A stretch of DNA of 64,000 bases from Rhodosorus marinus CCMP1338 (taxonomy: Eukaryota > Plantae > Rhodophyta), in contig JAMWBK010000010.1 of the NCBI GenBank assembly GCA_029953675.1, positions 434,001 through 498,000 on the forward strand, given 5' to 3'. The position numbers and the translations under genes are program-made. The number at the start of each line of letters is the position of its first letter. The first letter of the stretch is position 1. Below are positions 1 to 9,967 of the stretch, in pieces. The notes below the pieces were generated by a model. It was not told where the DNA came from. It made no database searches and saw only the letters and a program-made list of their open reading frames with translations.

Positions 1-692
1 CCTTTCAACTGCCTGACGCGGATGGAAAGGTGTGGTCCCTGGATGAGCTCGTTGAGCAAAACTCCGTACACCTGATCTTCCTTCGTCATCTGGTGAGCAG
101 TCTCGAGAAGCGTTTTTAGTTGTTTCGCTTGTGTTTTTAGGACTGTCATGCCCTGTTTTCGGGAATTTTGACGTTTTAGTTTCTTCGCCTATTTCTTGAA
201 CAGAGCTGACTGCCATGACAGCGGCATGTCCTTCGGATCTGGGAGCACAGGGAGCACTACGAAAAGGTGAATTTGAGGCCAATCTTGGTCTCCTTCGTGG
301 CATCGGGGAGAATTGGCTCGTACTTGGAGAGCATAAGCATTCGTTCAGACGCTTTCTTGATACTAATAGACAGGGCTCGAACTGTCTATGCTTCGTATGG
401 GATGGGAAGCTCGTTGGGCGGTTCTTGGTCCCCGCTCACGCTTGGCTGGTATGGTAGAGAGATTTTGCGCGGAAGGCTCCCTCAAAGGATCCAAGAAGAT
501 CCAAACCAGCTTGGAGGAGACTTTGTAATCAACCACCACGACAGGATAATGCTGCTTCACCACCCAAGCAGGACTCCCATCGATCGGCCGAGCGTTCACG
601 ACGTGCTCCTGTCAGTTGACCCACATCTTGATCTTGCAGGTCATGAATTAGGCGGATCAAGTGAAGATCCACCGGATGCATGTGCCTTGTAG
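1..692 (+). CDS. SELENOL: Selenoprotein L-like peroxiredoxin-fold (AhpC/TSA-like) protein, 5'-partial, with UxxU motif
   Basis: Exon 3-92 (FQLPDADGKVWSLDELVEQNSVHLIFLRHL), GT-AG intron 93-203, then exon 204-692 reading S-TGA-L-P-TGA-QRHVLRIWEHREHY in frame with the 267..692 ORF. That ORF carries QLGGDFVI and HPSRTPIDRPSV, typical of SelL/FAM213-type proteins. The TGA codons are at 207-209 and 216-218. Confidence 0.9.
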
Positions 693-755
693 ACCCTGAT
701 GAGTCTCAAAACCCCCGAACGGAGAGGAGAAAAACTACTACGGCCTCGTTGAGTT

Positions 756-823
756 GAAGGTTTCATATGACGACACCGCACATGAAACCCAAGCGGGACA
801 GCGGAAGTCTGATCAAATCGTTC
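756..823 (+). promoter_or_regulatory. SECIS element (type II) in the 3' UTR of the SelL-like gene
   Basis: Folded by hand: helix I GAAGGUUU/AAAUC(G)UUC; core A-UGAC (767-771) opposite UGAU (810-813); helix II GAC/GUC, CCGC/GCGG, UG/CA; unpaired AAA (785-787) followed by ministem CCC-AAGC-GGG. Confidence 0.8.
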
Positions 824-1241
824 TATCATCGAAGCAGAATAGCACCAAAACTAACGAGATCCAAACAATGAAAGAAAGCAAGTTTCTCGTCATAATGCAT
901 CCTGTCCACACTCTCAAACACCAAGCCATGTACACCTGCTCAGCGAACCCCGAAAGATGGAACATTGGTCATATTGAGCCACATTGGCCCGAACGAGCTA
1001 GGGCCAAATGAGCCAATGTTCCAGTTTTTATTTTTTTTGTACCATTGGCCATGTGAAGATGTCCACCTTGGCCCCAATTATTCTAAGAACATTGGCCTAA
1101 GGTACTACCCAGTTTGGCCCGGGCCAGGGGACGGATGTTTCATGGTGGAAGGTGTCTGCTAAGGACCTGACGGAGAAGGACGGGGCGTATTTTGTATAAA
1201 GGAATTTACTATTTTTGGTCATGATTTGACGATTAAATAGG

Positions 1242-2075
1242 ATGAAGTTTGTGTTGTCCTATGGTAAAGAGCGATGGGACGTTGACCTTGCTGAAGGATC
1301 ATCTGTGGGTGATCTCCGGTCGTTGGCGGTGGAAAAATGTGGTTTGGCTGAGGGCGAGTTTTCGATGATCTGCAAAGGCAAACGACTTCTCGATTCTGGA
1401 GCGCTCCCTTCCGCAAACAGTAGGATCATGATACTGTCAAAGAAAGTGGGGAGTACTGCCGAAAAGCCCAAGACGGAGGCAAACACACAGACGTTGTCGG
1501 AGCTCCTGGAGGAGAAGAAGTCAGAGGAGTCGGGAGAGCGACAGGCTGCAGAAATTGCTCCGGAAGGTTTTCATGTGGCTCTAACAATGCCAAAGGCGAG
1601 AAAAATTTACGTAGTTTGCGAGTTGTCGGACTCCTATGGACATCTTCGCGACAGGGCTGGGAAGGAGCTAGGCGTCAACCCGGCAAGCTTGAAGCTAATT
1701 TGGAAAGGGCGGGCGAGGGGGGACACAGAGACTCTAACATCCACGGGAGTGTCAAGAACGGGCACTAAGATTCTCGTGCTTTTCAGTGAGGGCTACTATG
1801 ATCAGCAGGAACGAACCGTCACTGTCGAGCAGCTGAAGTCAGAAGCCGCCAAAGCCGTGCAGAGCTCTTCCGCACTCCTCCGACAGTTCTCAAAGCGCCT
1901 TGTCGACAAGGAGGAGCTGCTCATTAGAACCCATGAAATCGAAACAGATCTGGAACGGCTATCCGATAACCTCAAACACAGCGATCCGGCCACAGCGGCT
2001 CCCCATCAAGCCGAAATCGATGGGCTCATGAAGGAACTTGAGACCAACATAGATAAACTTAGACGCTCAAACTAA
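1242..2075 (+). CDS. Protein with two ubiquitin-like domains and a C-terminal helical (BAG-like) region
   Basis: Intronless 277-aa ORF. UBL-type patterns at aa ~1-66 (SVGDLR...SMICKGKRL) and ~110-185 (LKLIWKGR...GTKILVL), followed by a helical acidic/basic C-terminus. The BAG call is inferred from architecture only. Confidence 0.7.
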   Translation: MKFVLSYGKERWDVDLAEGSSVGDLRSLAVEKCGLAEGEFSMICKGKRLLDSGALPSANSRIMILSKKVGSTAEKPKTEANTQTLSELLEEKKSEESGERQAAEIAPEGFHVALTMPKARKIYVVCELSDSYGHLRDRAGKELGVNPASLKLIWKGRARGDTETLTSTGVSRTGTKILVLFSEGYYDQQERTVTVEQLKSEAAKAVQSSSALLRQFSKRLVDKEELLIRTHEIETDLERLSDNLKHSDPATAAPHQAEIDGLMKELETNIDKLRRSN

Positions 2076-2262
2076 TTAACGACAATCTTCTCAACTAGGA
2101 TTTTAATATAGGCAGGCATTGCCAGTACAGCACTGCGTTTACATCGCAGAACTGTCTCTGTTCGTTGGCCAACCACCAACAGATGACCTCTTTCTCAGTT
2201 CTCGTCCTATCGTTTCTTAGTAAGATATTAGTACGTTGCTAATAAAAGTTGAACATAGATAA

Positions 2263-4201
2263 TTAGAATACCCGCTCTCCAGTTCCGAGAGCATTGTAGA
2301 CGATCGTGCCGAGGGCATAGAAGCCAATGGCGAGGCCGAAAACGAGATCCCATGATCCTGTTCCTTCCAGGATGAATCCCGTAAGGGCAACTCCTATAAT
2401 TCCTGGTAAAGCGGCGAATGTATTGCTAATTCCCAACAAAATTCCGGAGTATTCGGGACCGATGTCTTGATGGTTGGCGTACACCCCGCTCTGCGAGAAG
2501 CTTCCAAGGCCAAGGGCCAGCGTCATGAACAGGACTCCGAGGATCGGGTCCGCGGTCCTTGCGGTTAGGCCGAGGAACACAGCTGGACCCATAAAGCCAA
2601 TTGTTTGCATTAGCTTACGTACTTTCGTCAGGGTCAGTCCGTTAGCATAAAGAAAGTCAGCGATGAAGCCTATTGGTGACAGGTTCGAAGGGCAGAAAAC
2701 GAGAACATAAAACGACGAGCAGAAACAGAGTGTCAGAATTCTCGCAGTCAGCACAAGGGAGGGGGTGACCGTCAATAGCACAACCCAAACCCTGCAGGAC
2801 AGCTTAGAAATACGACAAGGGTGTGCTTTGCTCTGGTAGCACGTACCTCCCGCGTTGGCGAAAGTGAACATGGAAAGCCATGGAAGAATAGACACGAAAG
2901 CGGATTTGCCAAAGTCAAAACCCAGCTCCAAGTTGAAGTAGGTTGGCAACCACGTCAGAAAGACGAAGTAGCCCCAAGTACAGCAGAAGTGAGCGACAAT
3001 TATAGCCCAAGTGTGCTTTGAGCTGAAAAGCTTCTTCCATGGAATGTCCGATAGCTTATTAAGCTTCTAGACGTTTGCAAAGTCAAACACAAAAGGGCGC
3101 TTTGAGCCTTGACACCACCTCGGGGTGAAAGGGGGCGCGATGTAGGCAATGCTCACCTTGTTTTCCTTCTTCGGAATGCGATCGAGGATGTACTTCCTCT
3201 CGCTCTCAGTAATCGTCTTTGATTCTTGCGGAGACGGAGATATGAAAATCTGCCACAAGCCATACCATCCTATTCCGATGAGTCCGAAAACGTAGAAAAC
3301 CGATGGCCAACCGAAACTTTGTATTAAAAATGGACACGTTAACAGTCCAATCACGGATCCCATGTACATTCCAGAATATATCAGAGACAAGGATCTTGAT
3401 CGTTCCTACACAGCGGAGCCATAATTTTGCGTCCACGCAACTTAGTCCTCTGTTCACGAATGAGTAAGAAATTCTGCAAGTGAACGGGACTTCTTACGTT
3501 TGGCGGTATCCATGTTGAGATAATCGAGTTCATTGCGGGCATTGCCACCCCCTCTCCGATACCAAGGAGGGCGCGTGCGAGAAGCAATATAGGGAGGGAC
3601 GCAGACGCTGCCATTGGAGTGATGAAAGTCATCAGACTCCAAGCTACGACACCGAAAGATAGGACCTTTTTTCCACCATATTTGTCTGCCAAGTATCCGC
3701 CAGGAATCTGTAACTCAAAGGCAAAAATCTGTTAATGCATGAATGTGATTCCTGTGCATGTAGCACTCTCCAGTAGCCACGTACCTGAGTGAGAATATAG
3801 CCCCAGAAGAATGCGCTTTGTATAATACCAACCGTGCCTTGACTCCATCCATAATACTCTCGCATGGGTAGGATCGCGACTGAAACATTGATACGGTCCA
3901 TGTTGCATATGATGAAGCTCAGAAATGTCAAGAAAACAACGCTCAGTCTCTCTGACAGTCCAGATGGTTTTTGCAACGATTTCGTGATCTCCATCTGCTC
4001 CTCTACCTCCGGGAACTGGACTTCACGCTCGAAGGAGTTGGATTCGTCTCGGTTCAGCTGATCATATGCGACGCATCGTCTCCATTTTCTCGAGAGGACT
4101 CTCCCCGATCCCGGGCATGTTCTGCACTGAGCGGCACCAGACCTCTCTCTCGCAAGCGCGGAACTGCCAAGCCCCGCGACTTGAAAGCCTATCACACCCA
4201 T
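2263..4201 (-). CDS. Plastid PHT4/ANTR (SLC17-like) anion/phosphate transporter, 5 exons
   Basis: Spliced exons give MDRINVSVAILPM, SAFFWGYILTQ|IPGGYLADKYGGK, GIGEGVAMPAMN, PWKKLFSS...AHFCCTWG and NHQDIGPEYSGILLGISNT. N-terminal transit peptide MGVIGFQV. Confidence 0.92.
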
Positions 4202-5320
4202 CTCTGTTCACCGCGATTGGACAAAACAAAACCGGAACAGTATGCTTTCAATCTCAACTCTACAACCTCTGAGGAGCTAGCAAACTGGTCAGTAGCTCTA
4301 CCACCAAGTTAAGTTTCCTCTTCTGTACCAAACCAAGCCCGGAAAGTACTCCAGCGTGCTCCAGCCCGCTCCCACCTTTCAGATCAGCAACCAATGCGCC
4401 GTCCCACGACAAGATATACAACACTGCCAGCCACCGATCGCCAGGAGCGCGATCCCGAAAACTTGCTACGTGCAGAGGGCTGGCTTCTTGACTTTCCCTA
4501 ATCAGCCACTTACAGATCTTCAAAGCAGAATCGAACCCTAAAACCGAAAAACACCGCCGCCTCCCCGTCCCGAGACCCTCTACCAACTACTTGCGTTTAC
4601 AGTCCACAAACACTTCGTATCAATACCCGCATCCCCTAGATCTTCCCTTACAGCTTATCCTACCTCTTCCTTTCCTCCTCCCTCCCCCTCCCTTTCCTAC
4701 CCGTCCAACCCCCGAAAACCTTCCTCCTCCTCCGTTTGATGCCCATTCCAAAATGGCATCAAAAATTTGCATTTCAGTCTACTTGTTGATCAACCATCAG
4801 AGAAATCGAAATCGATGACAAGAAACTCCTCTTCAGTACGAAATATTTAAAATTTTATGAAATAAACAAAAATAGGGCATTCCGCCTCTGTTGGGCCCTC
4901 GCAAAAAAACATGCCGGCGTCCAATGGGTTATCCCATAGACCATAAAACTTCTTCCAAAATATCCTTTTCTGAATACGATCGGGGCCAATCCTATTCCGA
5001 TGTAAGATGTAATATCGTAATTATAAGTAAATAAGGGTAAAATTGATACAGCGGTGTATTTGTTTGTAAGAATGGCTCTATTTCCTGCGTCCGTTTCCCC
5101 GCTTTTTGCCTGGGACGCCGTATCGTATTTATTGGTATTGATGGATATCGTCACTTATTTTCATGAAAATTTGATATTGGAAATGGTTCTTGTATTCGCG
5201 AAATGCCCTGATTTGTTTCCAAATTTCAGTAATGCGAGGGCGTGTGGGTTTGTTCACGAAATGGTGTCGCGATGAGGGATGCTAAATATCGCAGGCTGGT
5301 GAAAGCTCGCACGGAGTTGG

Positions 5321-5970
5321 ATGAAACTTTTTTTTCGAGTTCAGTCAGGACTCGGGTGAATTTCTCCGGGTCTCTATGGATGGCCAGCAGCAGTCATGAA
5401 CGCAAATCTGTGTCCCAGGGGGGGGCGGGGTGTGTGTGTGTGTGTGTGTGGGAGGCTTGGGCCCGTTAGGTACATCCGCAAGTTCGCTCCGTCTAGACTG
5501 AATGTTCAGGTGAATAGTTGTCCTCCGGATCGAACACATGGAGTAGACTAATGAATGTTACCATACTGCTAGGCGCCCGAAGTCCGCGGCATTCGGTATC
5601 GTAGAGTGCTGTCTGCAAATGTAGGTCAGTCTCTCGGAGAAAGAAGTTCTTTCTTCTGCGATCGAAACCTTCGGACGAACAGGCCGGGTAACGCAGGAAT
5701 TTCCTTGCAAACGATGCAGCCATATGCTGACCAAGATCGCCGAGCTGAGCAACGTGCGCGCAGAGATAAAGAGGACGCTTTGGTAAGGTATTCTTGCGTT
5801 TGTAGCTCTGCGGGTGGATCAGTTCCGACCAGCCGCTTGTTCGGTATTTCTTCTCCTTGTAGCTAGAGACCCCCGGGAGCGGGATCAAGTCCTACCCTTT
5901 CAGTCTATATGGATCGAAGCCGTTCTTTTCTACAGAAACCACAAACCTGAGAGGAAGAAGGCCAAGCTAA
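5321..5970 (+). CDS. Predicted 97-aa five-exon protein of unknown function, possibly mitochondrial
   Basis: Exons 5321-5355, 5470-5509, 5573-5620, 5720-5782 and 5863-5970 are joined by four GT-AG introns with consistent phase and no stop. Product: MKLFFRVQSGLGYIRKFAPSRLNVQAPEVRGIRYRRVLSANPYADQDRRAEQRARRDKEDALLETPGSGIKSYPFSLYGSKPFFSTETTNLRGRRPS. Confidence 0.55.
5430..5450. repeat. (GT)n microsatellite inside predicted intron 1 of the 97-aa gene
   Basis: About 10 GT units read directly. Confidence 0.9.
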
Positions 5971-8900
5971 ACCGAGAGAGCGGGCCTCTAATACTTCAGG
6001 CATTGGAATGCTTCACATGCCAGAGAAGCCCCTGCTAGCGTTGCGCTGCATTAGACAGCTGCCCAGTACGGTTACACTCAGTCATTGATAGTCAGTCACG
6101 ACGGACAAATTGACTGACCCGATAGTTTTCTGGCTCATATCGAAAGTCGGACTAGTGCGTCTTGGAAGGTACTCACATGTTTGGCTCTCTCGGAGCAAAC
6201 TTGTGTATCATAGTGATACGAATAGGGCTAGAACTGGGACACTCATCACACTCAGTTTTCTGAGCTGGTGATCGTTGGGGGGAAGTGGATCTGGGAGTTG
6301 GGTGATGTACGACGTTCAAGAGTGACGCTCGAACACTTTAAAATAGCGGGAGAAGGGAGCGCAGTAGGTAAGGAGTTGTCGTTGCCGAGACACAGCAACT
6401 CTAAGAAACGCGGGGCACTCCCACCGTTGCCATGAGTACGTAGGTCGATTTTTTCAGATGCGTAGAGGGGGGGGAAGTGGCCCCATAAAGAAGCCAGGGT
6501 GTTAAGGAGAGCCAACGCCCACCGTACGGGACACATTCCTACTCTAGCCGCTGCCCCGTTTCCAGTCGCGGGAGAGAATCTTCTCCTTTCTATAAAAGCA
6601 TCACGTGCCTACCTAGAAAGTTGTCGACAGCAAGCGCCAGATGCCCCCTTCTCCAAGAACGCTCTAGCTTGTCCATCTCCCTTGACCTCAGCGACTATAC
6701 GTACTTTGATCACGCCACTACATTCCTTCCGTGCGCCACGGTATTTTTCACGTGGGCAAGTCCTGACCGGAGGAATCATAGATGCCTGCCACCAGCACCT
6801 TCCAGCAACCACCACCAACCGTGATGATGAATATTTCAGTCTGTCCTATGAAACCTCCCAGGCTATCCCTCACCTTGAACTGGAGCTCAAAGATATCCCT
6901 AGATGCACGGTCGTAACCACAGCATGAGCGATAAGATTCCTTTCGGCTCACGCGAAAAGGAAGAACTAATGAGGGTGAGCTTCTCCTACGCCAGAGAACA
7001 GGGAAGTCAAACGTGCGTGGATACTTCTGATTTACTGGAAAACGCGTATCACCCCGGGATTGGGGTGATACCTAAGGACTCCGAAAGGGGGATGGTCCTA
7101 GTCATAGTTCTTCCGGTTCTTAACTTCTGGTCAATTTCGGGGCGCACCATATTAGAGAAAAAAAGATCCGTGCAAAAAAAAAAATAAACATATTTTCATC
7201 TGTTTGCCTTTTATTAGCATGGAGAAGGCACGGCATAATTCACAGCATACACGGCACCACCCTTCCCCATTTTCCCTCTGCCTTCTCCACCTAACCCAAA
7301 TAAAGGACGAAATGACGAAGGCTTAAGGAAATAAAAAGTTTCTACCTTGCAGCAAACCGTGGCAAACGCGCACATTTTCTGCACCCCCAAGAAATTGGGA
7401 AAACTTCCTTACAAAAATGCAGTCCCAAAAGCCAAGTATTTTGTTTTTTTGAAAATATTTGGTACGAGGACGAAGAAAAGAAAATGATAGGATTACGAAA
7501 AACAAGCAAAAAAAGGCGAAGACCCGAAAACGCTGCTCTGCCAGGTTTTTTCTCGTATTCACCATAAACTTTACTTAAAAATACAAGGCTTCTTTGATGC
7601 GAACGAATGGTTTAATCGGAGGCTGAAAAAATGAACGTCGAGGGGAAAAAAAGACTAAGTGCGGCGAAGAACTCGCGCGAATGCAACGAAAGCCCTAGAA
7701 CAATCGAATACAAGAATAGTTTAGAACTAAAGTCCACAGGACTCTAAGGTTCACTTGAGGAAAGGGAGAATCGTCAAGGGAGAAGGTGTTTCTTTGAAAT
7801 ACGCAGATTTTGTTTCTAATTACAAAATAGTTTTGACCAATAATTAATAGCTTACATATGCTAATGGCCAATGAAGAATAACATACATCTCATACGAAAA
7901 ATCATTATGTATTTCAAGATATTTCAGAATAGCGGGATGGCTTTTCAACCTCTGCGCGGCCGTCTATTTTTTATAATATTGTTTTACAAAATATTGGGTT
8001 CTAATATAAGACTAAACCCACAAAGGTAAAAACAACGTAGTGAAATATTCACTTCGTCGCAGTGGAGCTGCAGCTGCCACAGTTCACCACCATTCTCCAC
8101 CCCCCCCCTCCCTCTGGGCCACGCTTTAAAGCGTGGCTCCAAAAAATGTACATGGCGCATCTGAATTTCTCGAAGCAAAGAAAAAAATAAGAAATTGCGG
8201 AACAATAAATGCTATCTGAGTTTAGGACGCGAATTTTGGTTGTGCGGGATCGAACCGGGACGACTCGCGCTCCCGCTGCTTTAGGGGGGTGGGGACGCCC
8301 CTTTCTTGTAGTTCCACAACAAAACGTGAATATACGAAACTTGCTGAACTTTTTTGTCTAACGGACGTCAGTTTTGCCTACATTGATTGGATGTATTTGT
8401 CTATTTAGACGCGTGTACAATTATAATTAGTTATTGACACTATCTTAGTCCTTCTACTTGTAGATTTCACTTTTATGTTGAAAAGGTTTGAGAAATTCAT
8501 GGTCTGTTCCGTCTGACAGGACGGGCCCTCGTTTGTGAGCTAAATTGACTAGAACGCACATTTCGTGAATGCGTGTGTTCCCTCAGATTCGTTTCCGTTG
8601 ACTGCGAACTGACTGGAGAGGGCTTTTGCGCTCTCAAAAGGCAAGGCGCACTTGATTACCTCTTCCTTCTGCGCTCCTTAGCAGGTTGAAAAGCTGCAAA
8701 TTCGACACCCGGTTTGTGTCGGTTGGGTATTTTGATCTTCTTTCGTAGGTCACGAAGGGACCAAGCTCGACTCTTAGCAGATCTGGACCAGCCACACTAT
8801 CTTCCTACTAGTGTGTAGTAGTTTCCTCTATCAACGTGCTAGTCATGTATCAACGGAGAAAAGGAGGTTGCCGAATCAAAGCAGATTGTGCTGATTCATC

Positions 8901-9418
8901 TCTCGAGAGACCTGGACGGATGCCCTCATTCGCAATGAGGGACTCTACGGCCGGGAGCTCACACGACAGTTGTAGGCATGTATATATCGTTTTACCATCT
9001 CGACTAAATCCCTTCGAATCTGCAAGAGTAATCCACCCAGACATTGATCAAGCCAGACAAGGTTCTTCTCTACATACGCGTCTACAATACAAAACTTTCA
9101 AAATGATACATAGCCCCATCCGTCCCCTTCGCTTCAAAGGAACTTAGGGTGCAATTTGACAATAATACAGTTAATCAATGTTTGCTACGCAAACTCTCGT
9201 ACGCTTCTCGTCGCTCGAGAACAAAGAGAACATGTCGCTAGTTGAGTCCAATATGCCGCAACTTTCCTGAGCGATCGAAATCAGGACATCTCTGCGAATT
9301 ACCGTGCGCGGAAAGAAGAGTACTTCCGGGAAAAAAACAAAAAAGCCTACGATCGCCACGCCTCATGTCCTCGGCGTCGCTTCCGTAGCCAATTAAAAGT
9401 ACTAAGATAAACAGATTT

Positions 9419-9967
9419 TCACGAAAACTGGAACTCATCGATGAAATCATCCAGTCTGGACGACGAAGGCCACGACATCTGGTCTTCGGCTCCGTAACTC
9501 CCGAACGGAATGTCAATAAGCATAGACATACTTGACTCGTAGTCTCCAACTTCCAGCATAGCATTTTGCAACTTCACTTGCGGCTCCGGATAATCTTCTA
9601 ACGAAAGCTCTTCCACAGCAACTCCTGTCGAGAGCGGTTCTTCTATCTTTTCAATCTTTTCAATCTTTTCAGCTAGTGCAATCTTCTCTTCTCTCTTCAC
9701 TGCTGCATTTCTCTTGCTCTTGGTCTTGACATCCTTCTTCTTGTTAACGTCCGCCTCAGCGTTGACAGCGGTTGAATGATATCTCAAGTGATTCGTCAAA
9801 GAGGATCTCCACTTGAAATTAAGACCACAGTCGCAGACATAAGGTCTCTCTCCCGTGTGTTGCCTCATGTGACTCTGCATGTTGTACTTCTTGTTGAAGA
9901 CTCGATTGCAACCCTTCATGCTGCACTCCCATATTCTCTCACCGTTCTCTCCTCGTTTCGCCTGCAT
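9419..9967 (-). CDS. C2H2 zinc-finger protein with two fingers
   Basis: CSMKGCNRVFNKKYNMQSHMRQH, TGERPY linker, CDCGLNFKWRSSLTNHLRYH; acidic C-terminus. Confidence 0.9.
   Translation of the reverse strand: MQAKRGENGERIWECSMKGCNRVFNKKYNMQSHMRQHTGERPYVCDCGLNFKWRSSLTNHLRYHSTAVNAEADVNKKKDVKTKSKRNAAVKREEKIALAEKIEKIEKIEEPLSTGVAVEELSLEDYPEPQVKLQNAMLEVGDYESSMSMLIDIPFGSYGAEDQMSWPSSSRLDDFIDEFQFS

Noticed and set aside
215-457. ORF-track 80-aa ORF starting MTAACPSDLG as the real product
   Set aside because: Wrong frame. The family motifs lie in the frame containing the two TGA (Sec) codons and continuing into 267..692.
6250-7190. 142-aa + strand ORF (6499-6927) and neighbours
   Set aside because: Non-ATG start, no family resemblance, no supported splice structure.
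8235-8325. tRNA-like GGTTCGATCCCG (B-box) on the - strand with GTTGTG/CACAAC arms
   Set aside because: No D-arm or anticodon arm can be folded and the T-stem has only 3 bp; at most a decayed fragment.
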